IMG/VR virus record: IMGVR_UViG_3300022917_000001
Coordinates: 1-59,710 of that record
Strand: one strand, 5' to 3'
Length of the DNA stretch: 59,710 nucleotides
Source: a virus
Taxonomy: Duplodnaviria > Caudoviricetes
Of the stretch, positions 26,272 to 36,735 are shown in pieces. The first letter of the stretch is position 1. Each line of letters opens with the position of its first letter. A program made the translations under genes and the position numbers. The notes beneath the pieces were generated by a model. It was not told where the DNA came from. It ran no database searches and was given only the letters and a program-made list of their open reading frames with translations.

Positions 26272-26493
26272 CTACGCGGTCTTGCCCAGCACCAGATACG
26301 GCGCCGGGCCCAGAATGTTCACGACATCGGTGACCACCGGCGTGTACGAAGCGAGCCTCGGCAACGTCATCGACGCCCCGCCCACCGTCACGATCACCTT
26401 CGTGCCCGACGTCCCCGTCACCACACCGGTCTTCCGCAGCGACCGCAGCACCTCGGCGATCCGCTCCTCGATCGCGTCCTCAGGCTTCGCCAC
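26272..26493 (-). CDS. Small minor tail/spike-like protein
   Basis: LPRLASYTPVVTDVV; after Tal-like gene. Confidence 0.7.
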   Translation of the reverse strand: MAKPEDAIEERIAEVLRSLRKTGVVTGTSGTKVIVTVGGASMTLPRLASYTPVVTDVVNILGPAPYLVLGKTA

Positions 26494-26501
26494 CGTGCCC
26501 C

Positions 26502-27608
26502 CTACGACTCCGCCGGAAGATCCACCGCGCGCGACTCGATCGGCTGCGACTCCGCAGGCGTCCACGGAACCGTCACGCTGTCGAGGATGTGGGCCTGCAA
26601 CGTGCCGTCCTGCCGGTCCCGGCCGAGCACCACATCACCCGACTCCAACGCCGGGTTCACCACCGCGGTCAGCCTCGATTTCGCGTTCAAGCCCTTCACG
26701 CGCGCGAGCAGCGCGGCCCCGGCCGCCTGGCACTGCGGGACCGTGGTCAACTGCGGGTTCGCGTAGAACCGCGGCTTCTTCCCGAACGGCCCCAAGTAGT
26801 AGGTCGGGCTGGTGGGGTCGGTGTCCCACACCGTCGCCGTCATCGGCGCCGTCCCGTCCGCACGCTCGCCCAGCACGACGACACCGTTGTAGACCAGCTC
26901 ACGGGTCAGCGTGTCTTCCTTCGACAGCATGATCCCGCCCGGCCCCGACGACACCGTCCACACCGGCGTATCCGTGATCTGCGGCTGGGCCCGGATGACC
27001 GCGTTACCCTGCGGGTCGAAGAAACACTCGGCCGCGATGCTGTCAGCGAGCTTCTCGATGCCCTCGGCCCAACGCTCCCGCTCCATGTCCAGCACCGGAG
27101 CGACCTGCACCGAGCCCGTCCGGTCGACCACCAGCACGCCTACACCGAGGGTCTCCTGGATCAGCCGCCGGATCTCCACCACCGTCAGCGCCCCGGACAC
27201 GGTCTGCGTCGGCGCCGGGAACCGGTCCTCAGCGACCTTCGCGGCCCGGTCGACCAGCTTCAGCGGGAACGACCCGTTCGTCGGAATCGGCCGCGACCTG
27301 GTGGCTTCGGTGAGCTGGCCGCGGATCTGCGGCACCCACTCGATCACGCCGCCCGGCAGCCGGATCCCGTAGTCGACCTGAACCTCGGTGCCGAGCGGGG
27401 CAAGCACCGCCCGCGGATCCTTCGGCCAGTTCCCTAGGTTCGTCGTGGTCTGCGCGGTCCGGCGCACCTGCGACTTGGAGTCGCAGGTCATCCCGCCACC
27501 GTAGATCGGGAACTCCAGGGTGCCGAAGCTGCCGTAGGCGGTCGCTCGCATCTTCATGCCGTGCGACTGCACGAGCGCCAACTGAGCTTTCGCCGACAGC
27601 GGCCACAC
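26502..27608 (-). CDS. Minor tail protein (DUF5047/Tal-like hub)
   Basis: QVRRT, YNGVVV, GPFGKKPRFY, NPALESGDVV. Confidence 0.85.
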   Translation of the reverse strand: MWPLSAKAQLALVQSHGMKMRATAYGSFGTLEFPIYGGGMTCDSKSQVRRTAQTTTNLGNWPKDPRAVLAPLGTEVQVDYGIRLPGGVIEWVPQIRGQLTEATRSRPIPTNGSFPLKLVDRAAKVAEDRFPAPTQTVSGALTVVEIRRLIQETLGVGVLVVDRTGSVQVAPVLDMERERWAEGIEKLADSIAAECFFDPQGNAVIRAQPQITDTPVWTVSSGPGGIMLSKEDTLTRELVYNGVVVLGERADGTAPMTATVWDTDPTSPTYYLGPFGKKPRFYANPQLTTVPQCQAAGAALLARVKGLNAKSRLTAVVNPALESGDVVLGRDRQDGTLQAHILDSVTVPWTPAESQPIESRAVDLPAES

Positions 27609-27617
27609 GATGACCTC

Positions 27618-29042
27618 CTAGGCGACGAGAGCAGGGTTCGGTGGGTCGACCTCGTCGTACGGCGCGGTCAACAACCACGCGTCCATCCACGCCTTGCGGC
27701 CCTCCCGGTCCTCCGTGAGGTCGCCCAGCGACAGCCACTGCCCGGCCGGGTCGTAGTGGAACTCCGCGGGTGCCCGCAGCAGCACCGGCGACCCGTCGTC
27801 GAACATCGTCAGCAGCGCCTCGCGCTCGGCCTTGCTGATGGCGTTGAACGCGATCGTCCCGGTCGGCGCATAGCGGGCCGCGCCGGTCACGACGATCGGC
27901 CGCGACGCCCCCAGCGCGCGGAACACGCCACGCTCGATGCCGTAGGTCTGCGCCGGGACCGCGCGCAGGTCGACCACCACCGGGGCCGTGAAGTCCGGGT
28001 GCGTCAACCACGTCCGCCCGCTGGAGGCGAGCAGCACAGGGTCGGTGCGCATCCGGCCACCCGAGTACGCGGAGGTGAAGACCTCGTAGACGATCGGCAC
28101 GTCCAGCGGACACTCCGGGTCGTCGAGGATCTGCACCGGCGCGAGGATCGCGGACGACAGGTTCGGCACCCCGGCCCACTGGGCGTAGGGCGTCGCCCCG
28201 TCGAAGTAGCCGCCGCTCGTGGTGTCGGCCTCGAACATCACCGCGTCGAGGTAGACCGCGCTGGTCCCGGCCGTCACGCCGGTCGCGGTGAGCTGCGCCG
28301 TCCCGGACACCGCCGTCGACGGCGCCGAGAAGTTGAACGTGTGCCGTGTCGACTGGCCCAACGACGCGTTGAGCTGGTCCGCCGTCAACGCCAGCACCGT
28401 GCTCCCCGCCGACGTCCCAGCAAGGTTCAACCACGCGATCGTCACCTGCACTGCGGTGGGTTTCAGGTTGAACCCGAGGTTGAACGCCAACGTGTACGGG
28501 CCCGCGCCCGGCAGAGTGCCTGGGAACGTCGCGCCGGTCGTGGTCGACGCCGACGTCATCCGCAGCGCGTACGTGCCGTCGGCGACGTACGGGGCGGTCG
28601 TGACCTGCGTGAACGTCGTGTTGATGTCCAGCTGCACGTAGCCGTTCAGCCCAGCCTCGAAGCTGGGGTTCGGGCACAGGTTGCGGCGAGTCTTCTGCGA
28701 CACCACCCGCGGGAACGCCCGACGCACCGGCGAACGGTTGCCGTCCTGGTCGATCCGCACGATCTGCAGGTTCGCCGCGTCCGGCCACCACGCCCAGATC
28801 CGCACCAAGCCCTGATCCGGCAGCGGCGCAACGCTGATACCGCCACCAGGGAACACCGGGGTCGCCTGCGCGCCCGCCCACGAACGGGTCGACCACGCCG
28901 CCGCGCCGTTCTGCGTCAGGTAGGTGTAGCTCGACGTCGCCGCCGGGATCGGCGGCGGCACCGGCTGGATGCCCGGCGGGATGACGTTCGGGATGACCTC
29001 GGCGGCCCACGGCGCCGACGCGTAGGCGACGCGCCCCCACAT
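27618..29042 (-). CDS. Distal tail-like protein with carbohydrate-binding insertion
   Basis: NLCPNPSFE..YLDAVMFE..YFDG; DPECPLDVPIVY. Confidence 0.8.
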   Translation of the reverse strand: MWGRVAYASAPWAAEVIPNVIPPGIQPVPPPIPAATSSYTYLTQNGAAAWSTRSWAGAQATPVFPGGGISVAPLPDQGLVRIWAWWPDAANLQIVRIDQDGNRSPVRRAFPRVVSQKTRRNLCPNPSFEAGLNGYVQLDINTTFTQVTTAPYVADGTYALRMTSASTTTGATFPGTLPGAGPYTLAFNLGFNLKPTAVQVTIAWLNLAGTSAGSTVLALTADQLNASLGQSTRHTFNFSAPSTAVSGTAQLTATGVTAGTSAVYLDAVMFEADTTSGGYFDGATPYAQWAGVPNLSSAILAPVQILDDPECPLDVPIVYEVFTSAYSGGRMRTDPVLLASSGRTWLTHPDFTAPVVVDLRAVPAQTYGIERGVFRALGASRPIVVTGAARYAPTGTIAFNAISKAEREALLTMFDDGSPVLLRAPAEFHYDPAGQWLSLGDLTEDREGRKAWMDAWLLTAPYDEVDPPNPALVA

Positions 29043-29045
29043 CGG

Positions 29046-29780
29046 CTAGTACCCGTCCGCGCCCCACCAGCACGTCACCGACGTGCTCGTGGAGGGCAGG
29101 CCGTCGGAGCATCGGTAGGCGACGATGTTGAACCCGGACGCGGTGATGTCGGTCGCGCCGAGCACCACGGACGCGCTGGCGTCGATGATCGTCACGTGTG
29201 GCGCGACCGTGGCGTTCGCGAACGCGGCCGGGTACGCGACCGCGATCTTCCCGCTGCCGTTGGTGGTGCCGGACTTGTAGCCCGCGCGCCGCGTGAACAC
29301 CGCGCCAGCGGGGATGCTGCCGCTGATCCGAGGCCCCATCTCCGCCGGTTGCGCGGTGCCGACCGATGGGCCGATGCCACCGAGGATCTTCTCCACCACG
29401 AGGTTCTCGTCCGACAACGAGAACCGGGCACCGAGGTGCGCGTCCGAGGGGATCGTGGCGCGCGTGACGACCGACAGGACGTCACGGATGGTGGGGGCAC
29501 ACAGCACCTGGGTGCCCGCCCCCCACGCTCGTGCGACCGTGCTCTCCTTCGCGCGGGTCACGGTCACCGAGGACGACGCCGCGACGTGAGCGGTGACCCA
29601 CACGACTTCCTTCACCTTCAGCGCCGGGTCGTGCAGCGTGAGCGGAAGAAACCTGCCGGTCGTGTAGAGGGTCGGGAGGTTCGCGAAGTCCGCACACGAG
29701 ATGGACGTGTCCGAGATGGACGCTGCCACCGACAACTGCCCGAACAAGTAGTCCTGGACGTCTCGGAATTCGTTGGCCAT
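29046..29780 (-). CDS. Minor tail / receptor-binding-like protein
   Basis: EVVWVT..VTRAKEST.ARAW; lectin-like C-terminus. Confidence 0.7.
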   Translation of the reverse strand: MANEFRDVQDYLFGQLSVAASISDTSISCADFANLPTLYTTGRFLPLTLHDPALKVKEVVWVTAHVAASSSVTVTRAKESTVARAWGAGTQVLCAPTIRDVLSVVTRATIPSDAHLGARFSLSDENLVVEKILGGIGPSVGTAQPAEMGPRISGSIPAGAVFTRRAGYKSGTTNGSGKIAVAYPAAFANATVAPHVTIIDASASVVLGATDITASGFNIVAYRCSDGLPSTSTSVTCWWGADGY

Positions 29781-32700
29781 CAGATCCTCCGCCGTTGCAG
29801 CACCGCGGTGCCTGTGGACTCGCTTGCCGTGGTGATGCGGCCGTCGACGAACCGCATGAGCCCGTCATCCGCGACCTCGACGACAGCGCCGACGAGGGAC
29901 ATGCCGTCCATGTCGGAGCGGCCCATCGCCGCCCACTGGTCGTCGGTCAAGATCCGCTCGGGTCGGCCGGTGCCGTTGTAGACCTGGGTGATCCCCGGAG
30001 GCAGCCAGCCGCCGTTGTCGTACCCGAGGGGTGCCGCGTTCGGGTCGGCCTGCTGCACGTTCTGGATGCCGCCGTAGCGGGCCATGATGTAGTTGATCCC
30101 GGCCACGATGTTCGCGACCGGGTTCGTGATGTCGTTCGGCAGCCGCGGGTCGCGGTAGGCGGCGAACGTCTGCGGGATCGTCTGCATCAGGCCCTGCGAC
30201 GGGTAGCCGGCCTGCGCGTTGGAGTCCCACAGGTTGATCGCGTTCGGGTTACCGCCCGACTCCCGCATGATCAGCGTCGACAACGGCCCGAACCACGCGG
30301 CCTGATCGACACCAGCGATCTTGATCGCCGCGTTGATCCACCCAGCGAGATCGCCCGTGATCGCACCGCCCCCGCCGAGGCTGAGGAAGCTGTCGATCTT
30401 CTCCATCAGCCAGTCCGCGGCCTTGCCGATCAGGTTCTCCGGGATCGTCGCGAGCATGTCGACCCAGCCGCCCGACCCGCCGATGCGGGCCTTCACCCAC
30501 GACTTCGGGTCCTCCCACAGGGCCACGATGTCGTCGCCGATGCCCGGCACCCAGCCGAGGAGATCACCGACCACGCCACCGCCCGCGAACTTGGGGACGA
30601 CACCGCCGCCGGAGAAGCCCGCCGTGCCGCTGCCGACGACCGTTCCCGGCCTGCCGGACGCCGCCGCGTTCGCCGCGAGGATGTTCTGCGGGCCGATCTG
30701 CCGCACCAACTCCGGCACCAGCACCGCCTCGCCGGGTGACACCAGCGCATGGATACTGTCCGTGCCGGGCGCGTAACCAGGGAAGATGCCGCCGCCCGCG
30801 AACTTCACCGGCGACGCCTCCGGCAACAACCCGAGGCCGAGGAAGTCGGCGATCCCGTTCCACACCTTGCGGATGCCGTTGTTGTAGACCTCGTTGATCA
30901 CGAAGTTCACCGGTACCGCGGCGATCTCCTTGACCTTGTTCCACACCGACTCGATGAAGCTGACGGCCTTGTCGAACGCCTCACCGACCAGCCCCACGCC
31001 GGTCTTGATGCCCTCGAAAATCGGGGAGATCACGTTGTCCCACACGAACCCGATCGCAGCCCCCAGCGCCTCCCACACGGGCTTGATCACGTTCTCGTAC
31101 ACCGACACGAAGAACCCGCCGAGCGCCGTCAGCGAGTCACCGATGTAGGTGAAGACGGGCTGAACGATGTTCGTCCACAGCCAGCTGATCACGTCCCCGA
31201 TGAACCCGATCGTCGGCTGGATCACGTCGGTCCACAGCCACGTGAAGATCGCCGCCCACGTCTTGATCCCGGCGACGATGAAGTCCACCACCGGCATGAT
31301 CACGTTCGTCCACAGCCAGGTGAAGAAGTCGCCGATCGCCGAGATCGTCGGCGACAGCACCTCGCTCCACAGCCACGCGAAGATGTCGCCCCACGTCTTG
31401 ACCGCGCCGACGATGAAGTCCACCACCGGGCTGATCACGTTCTGCCACAGCCACGTCAGCAGCGCCGCCGTCGCCTCGAACACCGGCTTCAGCACGTTCT
31501 CCCACAGGAACGTCGCGGCCGCCGCAATCACCTTGAACGCCAACACCAGCGGCACCACGAGCACCGTGTAGATGACCGCCGCCACGATCCGGAAGATCAG
31601 GCTGATCGCGTCGAACACCGGCCTCAACACGTTGTCCCACAACCAGGTCGCCGCAGTCGCGATCCCGGTCATCGCCGTCAGGAACGCGTCCTTCAGCCAC
31701 ACTGCGGCGTCCGCGACCCACAGCGCCGCCGCGACGATCGCGTCCCACGTCGGCTTCAAGACGTTGTCCCACGCCCACGCCGCGGCCTTCTGGATCGCCT
31801 CCCACAAGCCGATCCAGAAGTTCCGGAAACCCTCGACGTTGTTCCACAGGTAGATGAACCCCGCGACCAACGCCACCACCGCAGCGATGATCAAGCCAAT
31901 GGGGTTCGCCGACATCGCCGCGTTCAGCGCCCACTGCGCCGCCGCCCAACCCCTGAAAAACCCGATGATGGACTGGACGATGCTGAAACCCTTGAGTGCC
32001 AACACAAACCCGGCGAACCCGACCGCGATCGTCGGCAGCGCCGGAGCCAGCCACGAAATCAGATCCGCCAACGGTGGCAGGATGTCCGCGACCAGACCAG
32101 CCAGATCCGTGATCAACGGAGCGACTGCGGTCGCCACATCCGAGAACGCGGGGGCCAGCGTCGCCACCGACGGCGCGAGCTTCACGACCCCGTCCAGGAT
32201 CGCTCCGCCGATCGCCTGCACGCCCGGCATCAGGTCCGCGACGACCTGCTTCAACGACGAGAACAGCGTCGTCAGCGCTGTCTGCCCCTGCGCCGAGTCC
32301 AGCAGGTTCGCGACCATGCCGGTGATCTGGCCGATCGTGTCCAGCACGTCCCCGCCGGACTCCGCCGCCGCGTAGTAGACGCTCTTGAAGATCGAGCCGA
32401 CGTGCCCGAGCACCTCGCCGAGCTGATCCAGCGTCTGCAACCCACCCAAGATCCACTGCTTGAGCTGGCCCGTCTCGCGAGCCTCCGAGATGAACGTCGC
32501 CCACGACGCCGCCGTCGTGTCCGCGCCCATCGTCAGATCCGCGAGCACCTCCGAGCCGACCGCGACGATGTCCCGCAGGATCGACAGCAGCGGCTCCACC
32601 GCACCCGTCAGGTGCGACACCGCGATGTTCGAGTTGTCGAAGATCGTCGGCAGGTCGGACAGCGTCTGCTGCTGCGCCGCGAACCCCGCCGCACCCTTCA

Positions 32701-33664
32701 TGGCGTCGTTGAAATTGCCCGCCATGTCCGCCAGACCACGGCGCACGATCGGCAGATAGTCCTCGCCGAGCGCCCGAACCTCCGACCCCACACCCGCGAA
32801 CAGGCGCGACTGCACATCCAGCTTCAGCGCGTCCAACGCGGGCTTGAAGTCGACGTACGCGCGCACCAACTCACGCGCCTCAGGGGCGAGCTTCACCATC
32901 GCCTCGTCGAGCTTCTTCGCATCACCCTCAGCCGCGGCCTTCATCGCGTCACCGAGACCCGACACGCCCACCTTCAGCGCCGCGACCGCGATCCCGCCCG
33001 CCACCAACGCAGCCGGAAGCACAAGGCCCGCGCCCGACGCGGTCTGCAAGACGCTCACCAGCGACGCCACCGCCGGGACCGCGGTACCGATCGCGACCAC
33101 ACCAGACGCCGCCCGGAACGCGCTGGAACCCAGCGTCAGCGCCTTCAGCCCGGCGCCCGTCAGCGACTTCTCGAGCTTGTCGCTGCCCTCACCCTGCTGC
33201 CACAACCGGGCCAGCGCCGACGAGCCGCGCTTCGCGGACGCCTCGAAGTCATCGACCGCCTTGGTGTGGCGAATCGTCGCCGACTCCAGCGCCTTCGACG
33301 ACTGCGCCGCTGCCTTCTGTGCCGACTCCGACGCGCGCGTCGCGGACGCCAACCGCTCCTCCGCGGCCGCCAGCTGCGCCGCGGTCGCCTTGCCGCTGTT
33401 CCGGAGTGCCTGGAGCTTTTCCTCGGCGACCCGGACCTTCCCGACCGAGTCCGCTTCCTTGTCGCGCGCCTTGGCGAGCTTCTCTGTCAGCGCCTTGACA
33501 TCGTCCTCGGCCTTGGTCGCCGCAGCCTTATCGAGTTCAGGGACGACCCGCGCGGTCGCCTTGATGTCGATCGTCTTCAGCTCGGTTGCAGCGACCCGTT
33601 GAAACCCGGTGAGCTTCGGCAACACCTGAATCAACGCCGTGCCAGCGAGATAGCGGGCAGCCAC
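29780..33664 (-). CDS. Tape measure protein with C-terminal lytic transglycosylase
   Basis: 1294 aa, periodic W/F repeats, RESGGNPNAINLWDSN..SQGLMQ. Confidence 0.95.
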   Translation of the reverse strand: MAARYLAGTALIQVLPKLTGFQRVAATELKTIDIKATARVVPELDKAAATKAEDDVKALTEKLAKARDKEADSVGKVRVAEEKLQALRNSGKATAAQLAAAEERLASATRASESAQKAAAQSSKALESATIRHTKAVDDFEASAKRGSSALARLWQQGEGSDKLEKSLTGAGLKALTLGSSAFRAASGVVAIGTAVPAVASLVSVLQTASGAGLVLPAALVAGGIAVAALKVGVSGLGDAMKAAAEGDAKKLDEAMVKLAPEARELVRAYVDFKPALDALKLDVQSRLFAGVGSEVRALGEDYLPIVRRGLADMAGNFNDAMKGAAGFAAQQQTLSDLPTIFDNSNIAVSHLTGAVEPLLSILRDIVAVGSEVLADLTMGADTTAASWATFISEARETGQLKQWILGGLQTLDQLGEVLGHVGSIFKSVYYAAAESGGDVLDTIGQITGMVANLLDSAQGQTALTTLFSSLKQVVADLMPGVQAIGGAILDGVVKLAPSVATLAPAFSDVATAVAPLITDLAGLVADILPPLADLISWLAPALPTIAVGFAGFVLALKGFSIVQSIIGFFRGWAAAQWALNAAMSANPIGLIIAAVVALVAGFIYLWNNVEGFRNFWIGLWEAIQKAAAWAWDNVLKPTWDAIVAAALWVADAAVWLKDAFLTAMTGIATAATWLWDNVLRPVFDAISLIFRIVAAVIYTVLVVPLVLAFKVIAAAATFLWENVLKPVFEATAALLTWLWQNVISPVVDFIVGAVKTWGDIFAWLWSEVLSPTISAIGDFFTWLWTNVIMPVVDFIVAGIKTWAAIFTWLWTDVIQPTIGFIGDVISWLWTNIVQPVFTYIGDSLTALGGFFVSVYENVIKPVWEALGAAIGFVWDNVISPIFEGIKTGVGLVGEAFDKAVSFIESVWNKVKEIAAVPVNFVINEVYNNGIRKVWNGIADFLGLGLLPEASPVKFAGGGIFPGYAPGTDSIHALVSPGEAVLVPELVRQIGPQNILAANAAASGRPGTVVGSGTAGFSGGGVVPKFAGGGVVGDLLGWVPGIGDDIVALWEDPKSWVKARIGGSGGWVDMLATIPENLIGKAADWLMEKIDSFLSLGGGGAITGDLAGWINAAIKIAGVDQAAWFGPLSTLIMRESGGNPNAINLWDSNAQAGYPSQGLMQTIPQTFAAYRDPRLPNDITNPVANIVAGINYIMARYGGIQNVQQADPNAAPLGYDNGGWLPPGITQVYNGTGRPERILTDDQWAAMGRSDMDGMSLVGAVVEVADDGLMRFVDGRITTASESTGTAVLQRRRI

Positions 33665-33671
33665 CAGGGAG

Positions 33672-34143
33672 TCACCTCCCCGGCAAGACCTGCTTCACGA
33701 TGGCCAGATGGGTTTCGTAGTCCGCGCGTCGATCCGCGCGCTGCGCCGCCGTCAGTGGCCGTGGCGTCGGCCTCGGCTTGACCGGCTGCGAACCCTTCTT
33801 GCGGTTGCTGTTCGCGATCGCTGCCTCAAGCCGTGCGAACCCGTCACGCAGCTCGGCGGCCAACTCGCGGTTCGGGTCCCACTCGGCGAGCTTCGGCCGC
33901 CGCGTCTCCGACGCCCCGCCGCTCTGCTGGGCCCGGGACGCCTCGGCGTACTCGTCATCATCGGCCAGCAGCAGCTTGTACTTCGACCACCATGGCAGCT
34001 GGCCGATGAGCCGGTAGAGCTTGTCCCACGGGTAGACCCCCCGGAAGAAGTCCAGGAGGTCCATCCCGAGGTGTTCATGCAGGTCGTACTCGATGGCCTC
34101 GCCCGCGTGCTCGATCAGCGCCGCGAGGCCCTCGAACCCCCCC
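33672..34143 (-). CDS. Tail assembly chaperone, -1 frameshift extension
   Basis: G GGG GGT slippery site (34136-34143) leads into FEGLAALIEHAGEAIEYDL. Confidence 0.8.
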
Positions 34144-34429
34144 GCGGCGCCTGCTCGGGGGCGAGCCCGAAGTGCTTCGACATGTCCTTCGCCAGCGCGC
34201 GGATGACGGTGCCGTTCTCCGGTCCGATCAGCTCGAACACGGCGTCGGCCTGTTCGCCGCACATCAGGGTGAGCATCTCGCGAGAGGTGCTGGCTTCTTC
34301 GATCTCGAACGTGGTGTCGCCGTCGGGGACCGGGATGCTGATGACGCTGCCGTCCTCGAGTTCGAGGTCGAACGGCGGCCGGTCAGCCTCGGCGCGGTAC
34401 TTGCTGAACTTGAACGTGCTGTTGCCCAC
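34115..34429 (-). CDS. Tail assembly chaperone (gpG-like)
   Basis: Position between major tail and tape measure. Confidence 0.85.
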   Translation of the reverse strand: MGNSTFKFSKYRAEADRPPFDLELEDGSVISIPVPDGDTTFEIEEASTSREMLTLMCGEQADAVFELIGPENGTVIRALAKDMSKHFGLAPEQAPRGGSRASRR

Positions 34430-34457
34430 GGGGTTCCTCCGGGTGGTGTGGGGTCGG

Positions 34458-34799
34458 TCAGGTGGTGCTCGGCGCGCCCGTCGCGGGCTTGCCGGAACTC
34501 TTCGAGGTGGACGGCGCCGACGGCTTCGCGTCGGCGGGCGGGGCAGCGCTGGCTGCGGTCTGTGTGCCGGTTGCGGCACCCGCAGGCTCAGCCGTCACCG
34601 GCTGCTGGCCGGCCTCCGGGGCAGCGGCCTTGGCTGCGGCCTCCGGGTCGGCGTTGCCCTTGAGCCGGTAGCCCTTGCCGTAGACCAGATCGTTGATCGT
34701 CACAGGGGTCGAGGCCTCGACCTCGACGCCCTCAGGCGACACGAGGATCACGGTCCCCTCATCGGCGGGCTCGGTGCTGCTGGTGATGTCGTCGACCAT
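34458..34799 (-). CDS. Small virion-associated protein
   Basis: GGAGG RBS; LVYGKGYR then Ala/Pro tail. Confidence 0.7.
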   Translation of the reverse strand: MVDDITSSTEPADEGTVILVSPEGVEVEASTPVTINDLVYGKGYRLKGNADPEAAAKAAAPEAGQQPVTAEPAGAATGTQTAASAAPPADAKPSAPSTSKSSGKPATGAPSTT

Positions 34800-34895
34800 G
34801 ACTGCTGGACCTCCGCGGAAGACGGGACAGGACCGGGCGGCAGAAGAAGGGCGGGGCAGAGCGCGGCCACCCGGTCCGCGCCCCACCCCACGTCA

Positions 34896-35558
34896 TCAGG
34901 CCAGCGCCGGGAAATCCATCTTCACCAGCAGCGACCGCCAGCCGGGCCCACCGAAGAAGTGGCGCACCGAGTAGCCCGCGGTGGAGTCGACCGACGCGGA
35001 CATCGTCATCGGGTAGCCGACCGCGTCGTCGCCGTCCGTCCACGTCTGGTCGCCGCGCTCCGTCACCGACGCCCGCGGCATCAGTCGCGCCACGTAGATC
35101 GCGTCCGCACCCGACCCGTCCACGAAGATCCCGTACGCCCGGTAGTACTTCGTGGACGGCCGGGTCGGCTGGGAGAACGCGATCTCACCGGTGATCGCCG
35201 TCGGTGTCGCCGCCGACAGGTCGACGTTGTTGTACAGCTCCAGGGTGAGCCGCTTGGTTTCCTGGGCCGTGAAGTTCAGGCCGGTCATGTCGGCGTTGAT
35301 GTCGCGGCGCGTCGGGTCGAACGAACCCCACGACGTCACCTCCGACACCTCGGTCGACCTGCTCCAGGTGAGGCCGTCGTCCTTCGTGACCCAGCCGATG
35401 TCGTCGAAATCGGCGGGCAGCGCGGTCAGGTCGGCGCCCGCGCCAGTGGTCAACGTGGCGGGCAGCGTCGCCGACATCGGCGCCAAGAACAGCGACCCGG
35501 CCAACGCCTTCCGGATCAGCTCGACCTGCTTGTTCGCAAGGGCTTCGTAAGCGGGCAT
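34896..35558 (-). CDS. Major tail protein
   Basis: IGWVTKDDG, SWG..PTRRDI, FFGGPGW. Confidence 0.92.
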   Translation of the reverse strand: MPAYEALANKQVELIRKALAGSLFLAPMSATLPATLTTGAGADLTALPADFDDIGWVTKDDGLTWSRSTEVSEVTSWGSFDPTRRDINADMTGLNFTAQETKRLTLELYNNVDLSAATPTAITGEIAFSQPTRPSTKYYRAYGIFVDGSGADAIYVARLMPRASVTERGDQTWTDGDDAVGYPMTMSASVDSTAGYSVRHFFGGPGWRSLLVKMDFPALA

Positions 35559-35633
35559 CCCGCGTCCTCCTAGGTTCGGGGCGTGATGAAACGGCCCCGT
35601 GAACAGCGGGGCTGAAAGGGAACCGGGTGGTGG

Positions 35634-36044
35634 TCAGACAGTCCGCGGGCGACGCCACACGAACCGGTACGTGCCGATCTTGCGAGCCAAGTCCGGATTG
35701 TCGTACGGCACCCGCACCGGTGAGGTAGCCGTCTCCGCCAAGTCGATCAAGACCCCGCCGGGGAAGTCCTCCGTCACGACTCGCGTCGCCGCCGACGCCA
35801 AGATCGTGACCGCGCAGTCACGCGCGAGCTTCCGCGCCACGTCGTACGACTTCGCGAAGCACGCCACCTCCACCAGCGGCCGATCGCTGATGCCGTCATC
35901 GACACCACCAACCCGCGTCACCTGGATGACCGGCGCGTCCTCCTCCAGCTGCTCGTCCGTGGTGGTCGTCGTCGGCGCCCGCCCTGCGAGCAGCGCCATC
36001 ACCACGTCCTCCGCGTCAGGGAACGGCGGCAGCGCTGTCCCCAT
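35634..36044 (-). CDS. Tail terminator
   Basis: FPDAED, VTRVGG; position. Confidence 0.82.
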   Translation of the reverse strand: MGTALPPFPDAEDVVMALLAGRAPTTTTTDEQLEEDAPVIQVTRVGGVDDGISDRPLVEVACFAKSYDVARKLARDCAVTILASAATRVVTEDFPGGVLIDLAETATSPVRVPYDNPDLARKIGTYRFVWRRPRTV

Positions 36045-36361
36045 CAGCCGCGCTCGATGATCGGGATCGATGAGCGCAGCGCATGGTCGCCGGAACGCTT
36101 CCGACTGCCGAACTCCACCGACGCCGAGTGGTCCGCGTCAGCGACGATCTCCGCGCCCACCCGGTCCTTCTTCACTCCGACGGCCGTGACCCGCTCGACG
36201 TGAATCGACCGCATGTGCTCGCCGGTGTCCTCCCGCGTACGTGCACGGGCGAAGTCCGCGCCCAGTTCCGCGCGCTCTGCGCACAGGTCCGCGAGCTCAC
36301 CGGACATCAGCAGCGGCTTTAGCCCGACGGAGTTGGGCCGGTAGTCGGTGATCTTGGCCAT
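36044..36361 (-). CDS. Neck protein (HK97 gp10-like)
   Basis: DTGEHMRSI, VEFG. Confidence 0.8.
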   Translation of the reverse strand: MAKITDYRPNSVGLKPLLMSGELADLCAERAELGADFARARTREDTGEHMRSIHVERVTAVGVKKDRVGAEIVADADHSASVEFGSRKRSGDHALRSSIPIIERG

Positions 36362-36735
36362 CAGCCCTTCACATCCTTCAGCGCCGTCTGCATACCCGGC
36401 GCCCAGCCGGTGAAAGGGGACTGCCACGAACCCGGCTCGCCGTCGACCTTGTACCGCTTCCCGCGGTACTGGGCAGGCACCAAAGCGACCGCGGGCAGCT
36501 GCACCTCGTCAGTCGCCTTCAGGTCCGAACCGGGCGGGGACAGCAGCACCAGACCCTCGGTGATCGTCACCCGCGCGTCCAACTGCTCGCGCGACACGTT
36601 CCCCGAGCTCGCCGGGTAGACCGCGCACCCGCTGATCGTGTGGTGCGGGGCCGACGTCGAGTCACCCCACCGGTCCTTCGGCGCGACGTCCCGGTACACC
36701 TCGACCGTGAACCCGAACGCGAACCCCGCGGTCAC
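36361..36735 (-). CDS. Head-to-tail stopper
   Basis: DRWGD, YKVDGEPGSWQSPFTG. Confidence 0.85.
   Translation of the reverse strand: MTAGFAFGFTVEVYRDVAPKDRWGDSTSAPHHTISGCAVYPASSGNVSREQLDARVTITEGLVLLSPPGSDLKATDEVQLPAVALVPAQYRGKRYKVDGEPGSWQSPFTGWAPGMQTALKDVKG

Noticed and set aside
30900-31860. Periodic repeats in tape measure gene
   Set aside because: In-frame protein-level W/F repeats normal for tape measures.
27561-33781. 806-aa and 1010-aa plus-strand ORFs
   Set aside because: Arg/His-rich antisense shadows of tail genes.
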